Part shown: positions 37,537 through 46,345 of the stretch, piece after piece
Numbering within the stretch: position 1 is the stretch's first letter
Layout: the number at the start of each line of letters is the position of its first letter
Origin: Elusimicrobiota bacterium
Lineage (GTDB): Bacteria > Elusimicrobiota > Elusimicrobia > JACQPE01
Reading direction: 5' to 3'
Assembly (NCBI GenBank): GCA_016205025.1
Contig: JACQJO010000002.1
Span: 17,154-81,153 of the forward strand
DNA: 64,000 bases
Position numbers and translations under genes: made by a program
Notes under the pieces: model-generated
The model's input: only the letters and a program-made list of their open reading frames with translations
Told to the model about the DNA's origin: nothing
Database searches by the model: none

Positions 37537-38904
37537 CTAGTGCAATGATTTTATGCGGCAAAGGCTGCCGGCTGAAAGCAAAAAGAGGGGCCAAAAACCA
37601 GGCAAAAGGTACCGGTATTCAAGATGCATGGGGATATGCGTGGCCCAATAATAACAAGTGATCATCGCCGCGCAAAAAAGAATTTTCCTCATCTCCGGAT
37701 ATAGAAAAAAAGCCAACACCGACAGGGGCCACAGAAGGAGGGCCAGGAACTTTAGGCCAAAATGAGCGGCTGCGGCCCATGGAAATTCCCGCAGATACGC
37801 CAGCCCCCCGCCGCCAAAATCCCGCTCGTATTCATAGGGTCCGGGATAAACCGGCATAAAAGTGGGCGCAAGCGAACGCGCGAATCTCTTAACCATTGTT
37901 TTTAAATAAAAAAAGGGATGGCTTTTTATAATTCTTAAGGCTTCTTGCGTAGCGATCCTGTCAAATTCCTCGGAAAAATAAAGAGCGCTGGATCCGCGCT
38001 TTTGAACAAATTTCTTTAACTCCTCATCGTTTGCCGGAAGATTCCAAGGATTGGGGTGCTCCCCCAATCCAATCAGCAAATTTGCTCCGAGAACCGGCGG
38101 GGTCAAAGAAACTCTGCCGAAGACAACTTTATTGCGTAAGGCCCAAGGAACAACCACAAGCAAACAAAGACCTGAACCAAGCGCCAAGGCCTGCAAGGAC
38201 CGCCTGGGGCCCGCCAAAAAAAAGATAGGAACGGCCATAAATACAGCCACCAGTAAGGCATCCTGACGCAATAGAGAAGCCACGCCAAGAATCAATCCGG
38301 CCGCAGAAAAGGCCGCTATCGGCCGGCTCCGCGTTCCCCGAAGAAAAAAATAGAAGGCAAAGATGATCAAAGAGGCCTGCGGCGCGTCATGTCCCGGAGT
38401 AATGCTTAGAAGCGCCAAGGGCGGCCACAAAGCATACAAACATCCGGCGCAAAGACCCGCCGCCATGCCCCAGAGCTCAAGTGCCATCAGGGTTAGTATT
38501 GCCGCCGCCACGGAATCCATCGCTAAGGTTAAAAATTGAGCATGAATAAACCTTTTTGACCCTGTGATCTTCCAGATGGCGGCCAAAAACAAGGGGTAAC
38601 CGGGCATGCGGCCCATGTAAGGCTGCGGATTCTCTTGATTGGGATCGCCGACATCGTCAGGGTCAATAAGGACCTGCCGGTCACCCTCCTTGCTTTTAGC
38701 CGTCAATTTGGCCAGATATTCTGGACTGATCGAAAAGGCTCCAAACTGCACAAGATTTCTGGCTACAGCCGCATGTTTTAAGGCCATGTTAATTCCAAAA
38801 ATAAAATCTTCCTTGCCATACTTCATCAACAAAATAAATCGAAAGCAAAAAGCGGCTAAAAAAATGGCGGCCAGGAGAAGACTCTTGTGCTTAATCACAA
38901 ACAA
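37537..38904 (-). CDS. ArnT/PMT-like (GT-C) membrane glycosyltransferase
   Basis: 455 aa, N-terminal LLAAIFLAAFCFRFILL..., many TM segments. Convergent with the GtrB/ArnC-like GT2. Start is TTG 38904 or GTG 38898. Confidence 0.55.
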   Translation of the reverse strand: MFVIKHKSLLLAAIFLAAFCFRFILLMKYGKEDFIFGINMALKHAAVARNLVQFGAFSISPEYLAKLTAKSKEGDRQVLIDPDDVGDPNQENPQPYMGRMPGYPLFLAAIWKITGSKRFIHAQFLTLAMDSVAAAILTLMALELWGMAAGLCAGCLYALWPPLALLSITPGHDAPQASLIIFAFYFFLRGTRSRPIAAFSAAGLILGVASLLRQDALLVAVFMAVPIFFLAGPRRSLQALALGSGLCLLVVVPWALRNKVVFGRVSLTPPVLGANLLIGLGEHPNPWNLPANDEELKKFVQKRGSSALYFSEEFDRIATQEALRIIKSHPFFYLKTMVKRFARSLAPTFMPVYPGPYEYERDFGGGGLAYLREFPWAAAAHFGLKFLALLLWPLSVLAFFLYPEMRKILFCAAMITCYYWATHIPMHLEYRYLLPGFWPLFLLSAGSLCRIKSLH

Positions 38905-38976
38905 CGGTTATTCTAGAAAACTCTTGCTTGAGCTGCGAACAGATGCTAAAAGATAATAGTGACCAAAGAAGAATCC

Positions 38977-39759
38977 ATGAAAGTTGTCATTCTCTGCGGC
39001 GGCCAAGGCACTCGCCTGCGTGAGGAAACGGAGTTTAAACCAAAACCGATGGTGGAAATCGGCGGCCGCCCCATCTTGTGGCACATCATGAAAATTTACT
39101 CCTTTTTTGGGTTTAACGACTTTATTTTGTGCCTAGGCTATAAAGGGGAAAAAATAAAAGAATACTTCCTCAATTACCAAACATCGCGCAATGACTTCAC
39201 TATCGACTTGGGGCATAGCTCTAAAATTACCTACCATGGCCGCAGCGAGCGAAACCGGTGGAAAATTACCCTGGCCGACACGGGAATTGAAAACCAAACA
39301 GGAGCCCGTCTCAAACTCATTGAGCGCTATGTTGACACCCCTGATTTCATGGTCACCTACGGCGACGGGGTCGCTAATATCGCTATTAACAAACTCGTCC
39401 ATTTCCATCAAAAACATGGCAAGACCGCCACGGTAACGGGAGTGCGCCCCCCTTCCCGTTTCGGAGAACTCCTCATCAAAGATGACCGCGTCGTTGATTT
39501 CAATGAAAAACCGGCCATTTCCGGGGGTTATATCAATGGAGGCTTCTTTGTCTTTAATAAAAAAATTTTTCAGTATCTAAGCAAGAATGCAAACTGCGCC
39601 CTTGAACGCGATCCGCTGGTCAAATTAAGCGGCGCCGGTCAATTAATGGTCTACTGCCACCAAGAATTCTGGCAGTGCATGGATACCTATCGCGACCTGC
39701 AGTTTTTAGAACGCTGCTGGCAAGAACAAAAAATCCCATGGAAAATTTGGAACGACTAA
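38977..39759 (+). CDS. rfbF: Glucose-1-phosphate cytidylyltransferase
   Basis: MKVVILCGGQGTRLREETEFKPKPMVEIGGRPILWHIMKIYSFFGFNDFILCLGYKGE matches the RfbF/DdhA N-terminus closely. GTG 38959 is an alternative start. Confidence 0.9.
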   Translation: MKVVILCGGQGTRLREETEFKPKPMVEIGGRPILWHIMKIYSFFGFNDFILCLGYKGEKIKEYFLNYQTSRNDFTIDLGHSSKITYHGRSERNRWKITLADTGIENQTGARLKLIERYVDTPDFMVTYGDGVANIAINKLVHFHQKHGKTATVTGVRPPSRFGELLIKDDRVVDFNEKPAISGGYINGGFFVFNKKIFQYLSKNANCALERDPLVKLSGAGQLMVYCHQEFWQCMDTYRDLQFLERCWQEQKIPWKIWND

Positions 39760-40736
39760 AAATTAACACAAATTTCTGGAGAGACAGAAACGTTCTGGTT
39801 ACCGGCGCGGCCGGTTTTCTGGGTTCCTGGCTAACAGAGGCGCTTATCCGGATGGATGCTCATGTCATTGCTCTAGTTTGGGACAAGGCGGGCCATAGCC
39901 GCTTTTTCCGGGAAAAGCTATACCAAAACACCATCGTGGCGGAGGGCGCTGTTCAGGACTATGCGCTAGTGGAACGCGCTCTCAATGAATACGCCGTGGA
40001 GATCGTTTTCCACCTGGCGGCCCAGCCCTTGGTTACCGTGGCCAACCGAAACCCCGTTTCCACCTTCAAAACGAACATCGAAGGAACGTGGACGGTGCTT
40101 GAAGCTTGCCGCAAAAGCCCCTCGGTGCGCCGCATCGTGGTCGCTTCAAGCGACAAGGCCTACGGCGAGCTGGCCAATGGCCATGGTTACGCGGAAAATT
40201 CGTCTCAATTTAATCCCCATTTTCCCTACGATGTCTCCAAGGCTTGCGCCGACCTAATCACGCAATCCTATCATCAAACCTATAATCTGCCCGTGGCCGT
40301 CACCCGCTGCGGCAATCTTTTTGGCGGAGGCGATCTTAATTTCGACCGCCTAATTCCGGGAACGATCCGCTCGGCATTGAGAAACGAACCGCCCCTTATC
40401 CGCTCTAACGGCCGTTATACCAGGGATTATCTCTATGTCAAAGACAGCGTCGGCGCCTGCCTGCTTCTTGCCGAAAATCTTCATCGCAAACAGATTCAGG
40501 GCCAAGCTTTTAATTTTTCAGGCAACAATGTCAAGCCTGTCATAGAAGTAGTTCAAAAAATTCTTCATTTAATGGGAAGTAATCTGAAACCAAAAATTTT
40601 AAACACGGCCAGGCATGAAATCCGTGAACAAGCGCTCAATTGTTCTAAAGCAAAAAAGACGTTAGGCTGGACTCCCGTCCACGACTTTAATAAAGCCCTT
40701 CAGGAAACGATCGCTTGGTATAAAAATTTTCCGTAA
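39738..40736 (+). CDS. rfbG: CDP-glucose 4,6-dehydratase
   Basis: ATG 39738 gives MENLERLKINTNFWRDRNVLVTGAAGFLGSWLTEAL, the typical RfbG N-terminus. SSDKAYG and YDVSKACAD (YxxxK) present. Overlaps the rfbF end by 22 nt. Confidence 0.85.
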   Translation: MENLERLKINTNFWRDRNVLVTGAAGFLGSWLTEALIRMDAHVIALVWDKAGHSRFFREKLYQNTIVAEGAVQDYALVERALNEYAVEIVFHLAAQPLVTVANRNPVSTFKTNIEGTWTVLEACRKSPSVRRIVVASSDKAYGELANGHGYAENSSQFNPHFPYDVSKACADLITQSYHQTYNLPVAVTRCGNLFGGGDLNFDRLIPGTIRSALRNEPPLIRSNGRYTRDYLYVKDSVGACLLLAENLHRKQIQGQAFNFSGNNVKPVIEVVQKILHLMGSNLKPKILNTARHEIREQALNCSKAKKTLGWTPVHDFNKALQETIAWYKNFP

Positions 40737-41447
40737 TCAATCTTTTCTGGCAATAATCGCGTACTGACCGCCTAAAGGCAGCCATTTCAGATAACGCTCC
40801 AACGGCCGAAAAAATTTTAAAAAAGCAGGGAAAAAAACAACATAATCCTTGCGAGCAACCTGCCACCCGGTCTCCCGCAGCAACTGCGCGCATCTTCTTC
40901 TTGAAAAAATATCAGCATCAACGTCAAAGGGGCAATGCCGGACAATCCAGCGAGTCACGGGATTGTAAGGATTATGTTCGAATATGGCGAGATACCCGCC
41001 GGGTCTAATCCAACGAGAGGTCTCTTTTAAAAAAAGAATCCTTTTAGACGGCGGGATGTGGTGCAGAACGTTGGCTAGAACCACCGCCTCAAACGCCCGT
41101 TGCGTCAGTTCGTCGGGCTTGGAAAAAAAAGACACATTGTCACCCGCGATTGCGGTCCGCGCCAAGCGAATAGATTCTGCGGAAGGATCATAACCAACGA
41201 CCGTCGTGCCCTTATGGAAAACCTTTGCTAAAGTTTCGGTGAGCAACCCGACGCCGCATCCAATTTCCAAAATTGAACGAGGGGGGCTTCCCAGATCATC
41301 AAAAAATTGGCTCAAATAAGCGGCTTTTAAAAAAGCAAACCCTCGAACCGTTTCTCCAAAAACACGCAAACTGCTGTTCAGGCAAGTTTCATAACTGTGA
41401 GCAAAATGATCAAATATCTGATCATGGTGGGGGGATAGATCGCGCAT
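40737..41447 (-). CDS. Class I SAM-dependent methyltransferase
   Basis: ILEIGCGVGLLTETL motif I, VVLANVLHHI and GGYLAIFEHNP. The stop abuts the rfbG stop. Confidence 0.7.
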   Translation of the reverse strand: MRDLSPHHDQIFDHFAHSYETCLNSSLRVFGETVRGFAFLKAAYLSQFFDDLGSPPRSILEIGCGVGLLTETLAKVFHKGTTVVGYDPSAESIRLARTAIAGDNVSFFSKPDELTQRAFEAVVLANVLHHIPPSKRILFLKETSRWIRPGGYLAIFEHNPYNPVTRWIVRHCPFDVDADIFSRRRCAQLLRETGWQVARKDYVVFFPAFLKFFRPLERYLKWLPLGGQYAIIARKD

Positions 41448-41499
41448 TTTTTATACTCTATCATAGCGTCGATAACAATTAAACTAATAAACCGCTCGA

Positions 41500-42273
41500 A
41501 TGGTGCAAGACAAAATAAAAAACCATCCTTCCTTCTCTCTTATTCTTCCCTTCTATAATGAAGAAAAAGTTGCCGGTGCGGTCATTGAAAACTACTGGCA
41601 AAGCCTCAAAAAAGAAAACCTTTCATTCGAATTAATTTTGGTCAACAACGGCTCCGGGGACCATACCGGCGCAATACTGCAAGATTGGGTTAACAGCCAC
41701 CCCGAAGACGCCCAAATTGTTCAAATCCAAACCAACCAAGGTTACGGCTGGGGAATTCTTCAGGGAGCGGCCGCGGCAACGGGGCGCTGGCTGGTTATGG
41801 CCCCGGGAGACGGCGAACTGGGCGCCGGCGATCTAATCTCTGCTCTGGTAATGACCGAAAGGGTTCAAGCCTTAGCTGCTAAAGGCAAACGGATCAGCCG
41901 CAGCGATGGAATGGTTCGTTCGTTGGTTTCTAAAATCTATAATGGTATTTTTCATCTTCTTTTTCCCCGAGTCGCCATTGATGACATTAATGGTTGGCCG
42001 AAAGTTATCGCAAGAGACCTCTGGTATTCCCTGGGTCTGGTCTCTAAAGATTGGTTTATTGACGCCGAGATTATCTTAAAACTGACAAAACGAAATATAC
42101 CTATAATGGAAGCGCCTTTTGCCATGCAGCGCAGAAAAGGCGGCTCTTCTCACGTAGCTTTAGGCACTATAGTTGAATTTTTCAAAAATCTAGCTCGCTG
42201 GAAACTTACCGGTGGAAAACCGTGGAAAATCCCAGTTGGCCAAAAAATGGAAAAAATTAATGCCCGCCGCTAG
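41500..42273 (+). CDS. Glycosyltransferase family 2
   Basis: FSLILPFYNEEKV, ILVNNGSGDHT and MAPGDGE. Confidence 0.7.
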   Translation: MVQDKIKNHPSFSLILPFYNEEKVAGAVIENYWQSLKKENLSFELILVNNGSGDHTGAILQDWVNSHPEDAQIVQIQTNQGYGWGILQGAAAATGRWLVMAPGDGELGAGDLISALVMTERVQALAAKGKRISRSDGMVRSLVSKIYNGIFHLLFPRVAIDDINGWPKVIARDLWYSLGLVSKDWFIDAEIILKLTKRNIPIMEAPFAMQRRKGGSSHVALGTIVEFFKNLARWKLTGGKPWKIPVGQKMEKINARR

Positions 42274-43126
42274 GCGTCTCTTGATAACCGGGGCCAACGG
42301 CTTCATAGGATCAACCCTAGGCCTTATGCTGAATAATTCTAAAAATTGGAAAATCTATCCCCTGACCAGAACAACTTGCGATCTACTTAGCTTTCAGAAA
42401 ACCAAAAAAATTATTCAAGCTATCCAACCGCACGGCGTTGTGCACTTGGCAGCCCACACCCCACAAAAAATAAATGACCCCTGGTTGGCGGCTTCTCGCA
42501 ATATTCAGATGACCCACCATCTCGCGGCCGCTCTGAAAGAGTACCCTCCTCAAAGAATTATTCACATTGGAACCATCCAGGAATACGGCTCATCCACCTG
42601 TCACGAAGATCGGACTCCTTGCCCAAGAAATCCCTACGCCCTTTCGAAATACGTTGGTCTTGAATTATTAAAAGCAAGCGGTCTGCCCTTTGTACACCTT
42701 AGATTTCCTATCGTTTATGGCCCCAATCAAAAGGGCGGCTACTTTCTCTCTTCTTTAATTGCCAGCACTCTAAAAAATCAGGCCATGTCGGCCGCTTCCG
42801 GAGGAAAACAAAAACGCGACTTTCTCTATGTGGATGACGCCGCAAAAGCCATTATCCTGGCTCTTGAAACGACAAAAGTCAGCGGCCAAGAAATTATTAA
42901 CGTGGCTTATGGCCATAGCTACGCCCTGCGCCAAGTGGCCCAATTAATCGGCCAAATAACGCGTAAAAAAATCAAAATTCATTGGAAAGCGCGGCCTTAT
43001 CCTTGCAACCAACCCAAAACGGTAGCTATCCCAACGCTTAAGGCAAAAAAACTCCTTAATTTTTCTGCGCAACATTCTCTTGAGGAAGGATTAAGGCAAA
43101 CCCTACTGCGCTGGCGCGATCTCTAA
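42260..43126 (+). CDS. NAD-dependent nucleotide-sugar epimerase/reductase (SDR)
   Basis: ATG 42260 gives MPAARRLLITGANGFIGSTL. YALSKYVGLE (YxxxK) and RDFLYVDDAA present. Track ORF opens upstream at 42212. Confidence 0.7.
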   Translation: MPAARRLLITGANGFIGSTLGLMLNNSKNWKIYPLTRTTCDLLSFQKTKKIIQAIQPHGVVHLAAHTPQKINDPWLAASRNIQMTHHLAAALKEYPPQRIIHIGTIQEYGSSTCHEDRTPCPRNPYALSKYVGLELLKASGLPFVHLRFPIVYGPNQKGGYFLSSLIASTLKNQAMSAASGGKQKRDFLYVDDAAKAIILALETTKVSGQEIINVAYGHSYALRQVAQLIGQITRKKIKIHWKARPYPCNQPKTVAIPTLKAKKLLNFSAQHSLEEGLRQTLLRWRDL

Positions 43127-43129
43127 GTC

Positions 43130-45064
43130 ATGTGCGGCATCGCAGGAATTCTTGATTTAACGGGCCACAACGCCGTTCGACCCGAAATCGTCCGGCAAAT
43201 GACAAAAAATCTTATCCATCGGGGCCCCGATGGCGAAGGAACTTTTACCGATGGACCATTAGGTTTTGGGTTTCAAAGACTGGCCATCATTGATCTGGCC
43301 ACCGGCGATCAACCCATGTCGAGCGCCTGCCAGAACGGCCGCTATGTCATTATTTTTAACGGCGAGATCTACAACTTTCCGGAATTAAGGCGCACGCTGG
43401 AACAAAAGGGGCACCCTTTCGCCACCAAAAGCGACACCGAGGTTATCCTGCACCTGTTCGAAGATAAACAAGAAAAATGCTTGGATGATCTGATCGGGAT
43501 GTTCGCCCTGGCCATATGGGACAAAAAAGAGCGCCGGCTTTTTGTGGCGCGCGACCGTTTGGGCAAAAAACCGCTTTATTACGGCGTTTTTAACGGTCAA
43601 TTCGTTTTCGGTTCCGAAATCAAGGCCTTGGCCAAGCACCCTGATTTTCAAGCCGAAATTGATCCTAAAGCGCTTGATCTTTACCTAACTTACCAGGCGG
43701 TGCCCACGCCTTTAACGATTTATAAAAACGTGCGACGGTTGCCGCCGGCCAGTTTTCTCTGGATCGACGCGGCCAAGGGCCCGGGGGAACCGGTCCCTTA
43801 TTGGCGTTTAAATTACACCCCTAAATTCAGCGGCAACGTTGAGGAAGCCAAAGAGCGGCTTTTAGGTATCTTAGAAACAGTCACCCGCGGCCGGCTGATT
43901 TCGGATGTTCCCTTGGGGGCTTTTCTGTCAGGCGGAATTGATTCCAGCGCGGTTGTGGCCATGATGGCCAGGGCTTCATCGTCGCCGGTTAAAACCTTCA
44001 CAATCGGGTTTAATGAAAAAAATTTTTCCGAAGCCGAATACGGCCGGATGGTGGCCGAACAGTACGGCTGTGACCACACCGAATTCACGGTCCAATCCAA
44101 TATGCTCGAAGCGCTCCCTAAAATCCTGTGGCATTATGACCAGCCCTTCGCGGACCCTTCGGCAGTGCCCAGCTATTACGTGGCCCGGGAAACAAGACGC
44201 GCGGTCACCGTGGCTTTAAACGGAGACGGGGGGGACGAAGCGTTCGGCGGGTATCTACGCTACAGCGGGGATCACCTTAATATGGTCATCAACCAATGGC
44301 TGCCCGCCGGCCTATCGCGCCCCATTTTTAAAACACTCGGCCATCTCCCCGCCAATCTAGCTAAACCATTAAATTACTTAAGACGCTTCGGGCAGGCCTT
44401 GGAAAACGATGTCTATGAAACCAACTACCGGCTTTTCTGCTATTTTGATCTGGCTCAAAAGCGGGAACTCTACAGCGCCGAATGGCTTAACCGAATCAGC
44501 CAACCCATAGGCCGCGAACACCTTGACCGGTTAAGCCAGAATGGAAACGCGTCTCATCCGCTGGACAAAATTTTCGCGGCCGACTACAGGGGTTACCTTC
44601 CGGATTGTCTTTTAGTCAAAATGGACATCGCCTCTATGGCTAATTCGCTGGAAGCCAGATCGCCTTTCTTGGATCACCGGCTGGCGGAGTTCGCGGCCAG
44701 TCTTCCGGTGGAATGGAAAATTAAGGGATTAACCACCAAATGGATACTCAAAACCGCTCTGGAAGAAAAAAAGATTCTACCCCCAGCCATCACCAGACGC
44801 CGCAAAATGGGTTTTGGCGCTCCGGTCGGCCGCTGGCTAAAAGAGGATTTTAAGGATTTCACCCGCTCAACGATTCTTAACCCAAAGGCGATCAACCGCG
44901 GCTACTTTAAAAAAGAAGCGGTCGAAAGACTAATTACCGAACACCAAACCGGAAAAGAAAACCACGACTACCGCCTCTGGGCCCTCTTGTGCCTGGAACT
45001 CTGGCACCAAATTTTCATAGATAAAACCCTCAAACCCTCCGACACGCTGACAACCGCCAAGTGA
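43130..45064 (+). CDS. asnB: Asparagine synthase (glutamine-hydrolysing) family amidotransferase
   Basis: MCGIAG N-terminal nucleophile Cys and PP-loop FLSGGIDSS. 644 aa. Context suggests a WbpS-like sugar amidotransferase role rather than Asn synthesis. Confidence 0.85.
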   Translation: MCGIAGILDLTGHNAVRPEIVRQMTKNLIHRGPDGEGTFTDGPLGFGFQRLAIIDLATGDQPMSSACQNGRYVIIFNGEIYNFPELRRTLEQKGHPFATKSDTEVILHLFEDKQEKCLDDLIGMFALAIWDKKERRLFVARDRLGKKPLYYGVFNGQFVFGSEIKALAKHPDFQAEIDPKALDLYLTYQAVPTPLTIYKNVRRLPPASFLWIDAAKGPGEPVPYWRLNYTPKFSGNVEEAKERLLGILETVTRGRLISDVPLGAFLSGGIDSSAVVAMMARASSSPVKTFTIGFNEKNFSEAEYGRMVAEQYGCDHTEFTVQSNMLEALPKILWHYDQPFADPSAVPSYYVARETRRAVTVALNGDGGDEAFGGYLRYSGDHLNMVINQWLPAGLSRPIFKTLGHLPANLAKPLNYLRRFGQALENDVYETNYRLFCYFDLAQKRELYSAEWLNRISQPIGREHLDRLSQNGNASHPLDKIFAADYRGYLPDCLLVKMDIASMANSLEARSPFLDHRLAEFAASLPVEWKIKGLTTKWILKTALEEKKILPPAITRRRKMGFGAPVGRWLKEDFKDFTRSTILNPKAINRGYFKKEAVERLITEHQTGKENHDYRLWALLCLELWHQIFIDKTLKPSDTLTTAK

Positions 45065-46296
45065 GCCCTGTCACCGTTCTCTACATCATTACTGATCTTG
45101 ATTTCGGCGGCACCGAAAGGCAGTTATCTTATCTCGTTGAAAATCTCGATCAAAACAGATACGAACCGGTCGTCCTTTCCCTTAAAACCCAAGGGCGCGC
45201 GGCCAAAGAGCTGGCAGATAAAAATTTTTCAATTTATTCAGTAAGCTCGCCTATGAATCCTTTTGTAATCTGGCAAAAACTGCGCGAAATCCGCGACAAG
45301 CATCGGCCCAAAATTATTCATACATTCTTATTCCGGGCCAACATCGTGGGCAGAATTTTTGGGCGTTTTGGATTCAAAAAAGAAAATCGTCCGGTAGTAA
45401 TCTCATCCGTCCGGGTTTGGGACAACCGATGGCTGGCGCTTCGGTTGGAAAAATGGACAAAAAACTGGGCCGATTTTTTTATTTTTAATTCCGCGATCGT
45501 TCAACAAAAATATGGCCTAGCCATTGGCATCAAAAATGACGACAAAAACTGCAGAACGATCTTAAACGCTATTGATCCCGAACCCTACAAAAGAGCCTGC
45601 GCCAACAGAAAAGAAACGCGCGCATCGCTGGGATTTTACGACTCCCACCGCGTCATTATTAGTATAGGCCGCTTAGATGAGCAAAAGGGATTTCTCTATC
45701 TAATAGAAGCTTTTAAGACTGTATACGAAAACAACAAATCAGTCCGCCTTATTATCGTAGGCGATGGCCCCATGCGAGAAAAACTGAATCAAGGGATTGA
45801 TCGGTTTTTTCCGTCTCCCTCTCCCTTGCCCTTTTCGCAGAGCTTCAAGGACGCGGGCCCGCCAGAGGCGGGACGATCCCCGCAGAGGGGAGGGGGTTGG
45901 GGTGAGGGTGATAAAGCAGTTCGTCTTCTGGGTTACCGCAACGATATCCCTGAACTTTTAGCCGCCAGCGACTGCCTTGTTCTGGCCTCCCTTTGGGAAG
46001 GCTCCCCAAACGTCATCCTGGAAGCCTGGGCCACGGGAACCGTTCCAGTTGTGGCGACTGGCGTGGGGGGAACGCCGGATATAATCAAGGATGAACAATC
46101 CGGCCTGCTGGTGCCTCCCAAAAATCCGGAAGCTTTGGCCAACGCGATTAAAAAGATATTCCGAGAAAACCTAGGTCCTCATTTAGCTGCCCAGGGGGGA
46201 CAAAAATTAAGTCATCACCTGCCGCCCGCCATGGCCGCCAGCGTCCAGGCGATCTACGATAAACTCTTCCAAGCTCGCATTGCTTACCCCTCTTGA
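45061..46296 (+). CDS. Glycosyltransferase family 4 (GT-B, Glycos_transf_1)
   Basis: VLYIITDLDFGGTERQ N-domain and EGSPNVILEAWATGTVPVVATGVGGTPDII (EX7E). GTG start overlaps the asnB stop. Contains an in-frame GC-rich insertion. Confidence 0.8.
   Translation: MSPVTVLYIITDLDFGGTERQLSYLVENLDQNRYEPVVLSLKTQGRAAKELADKNFSIYSVSSPMNPFVIWQKLREIRDKHRPKIIHTFLFRANIVGRIFGRFGFKKENRPVVISSVRVWDNRWLALRLEKWTKNWADFFIFNSAIVQQKYGLAIGIKNDDKNCRTILNAIDPEPYKRACANRKETRASLGFYDSHRVIISIGRLDEQKGFLYLIEAFKTVYENNKSVRLIIVGDGPMREKLNQGIDRFFPSPSPLPFSQSFKDAGPPEAGRSPQRGGGWGEGDKAVRLLGYRNDIPELLAASDCLVLASLWEGSPNVILEAWATGTVPVVATGVGGTPDIIKDEQSGLLVPPKNPEALANAIKKIFRENLGPHLAAQGGQKLSHHLPPAMAASVQAIYDKLFQARIAYPS
45805..45912. repeat. GC-rich imperfect-palindromic insertion inside the GT4 CDS (possible decayed copy of the 25460/50234 repeat family)
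   Basis: Encodes FPSPSPLPFSQSFKDAGPPEAGRSPQRGGGWGEG, placed where GT4 enzymes normally run GDGPxR...xRVxxLG with only a short linker. The DNA contains the hairpin cccgcc-agag-ggcggg and CT-rich/GA-rich flanks. It shares ttgccctt with copy B and gggtga with copy A. Confidence 0.35.
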
Positions 46297-46305
46297 AAAT
46301 AATCT

Positions 46306-46326
46306 TACTATAGGTATACTATAGTA
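46306..46326. promoter_or_regulatory. Inverted repeat tactatag-N5-ctatagta upstream of the toxin-antitoxin operon (candidate operator)
   Basis: 8-bp perfect arms at 46306..46313 and 46319..46326, overlapping TATACT-like -10 elements. Lies 20 nt upstream of the RHH antitoxin ATG. Confidence 0.35.
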
Positions 46327-46345
46327 GTATCGTTGGAGTATTATC

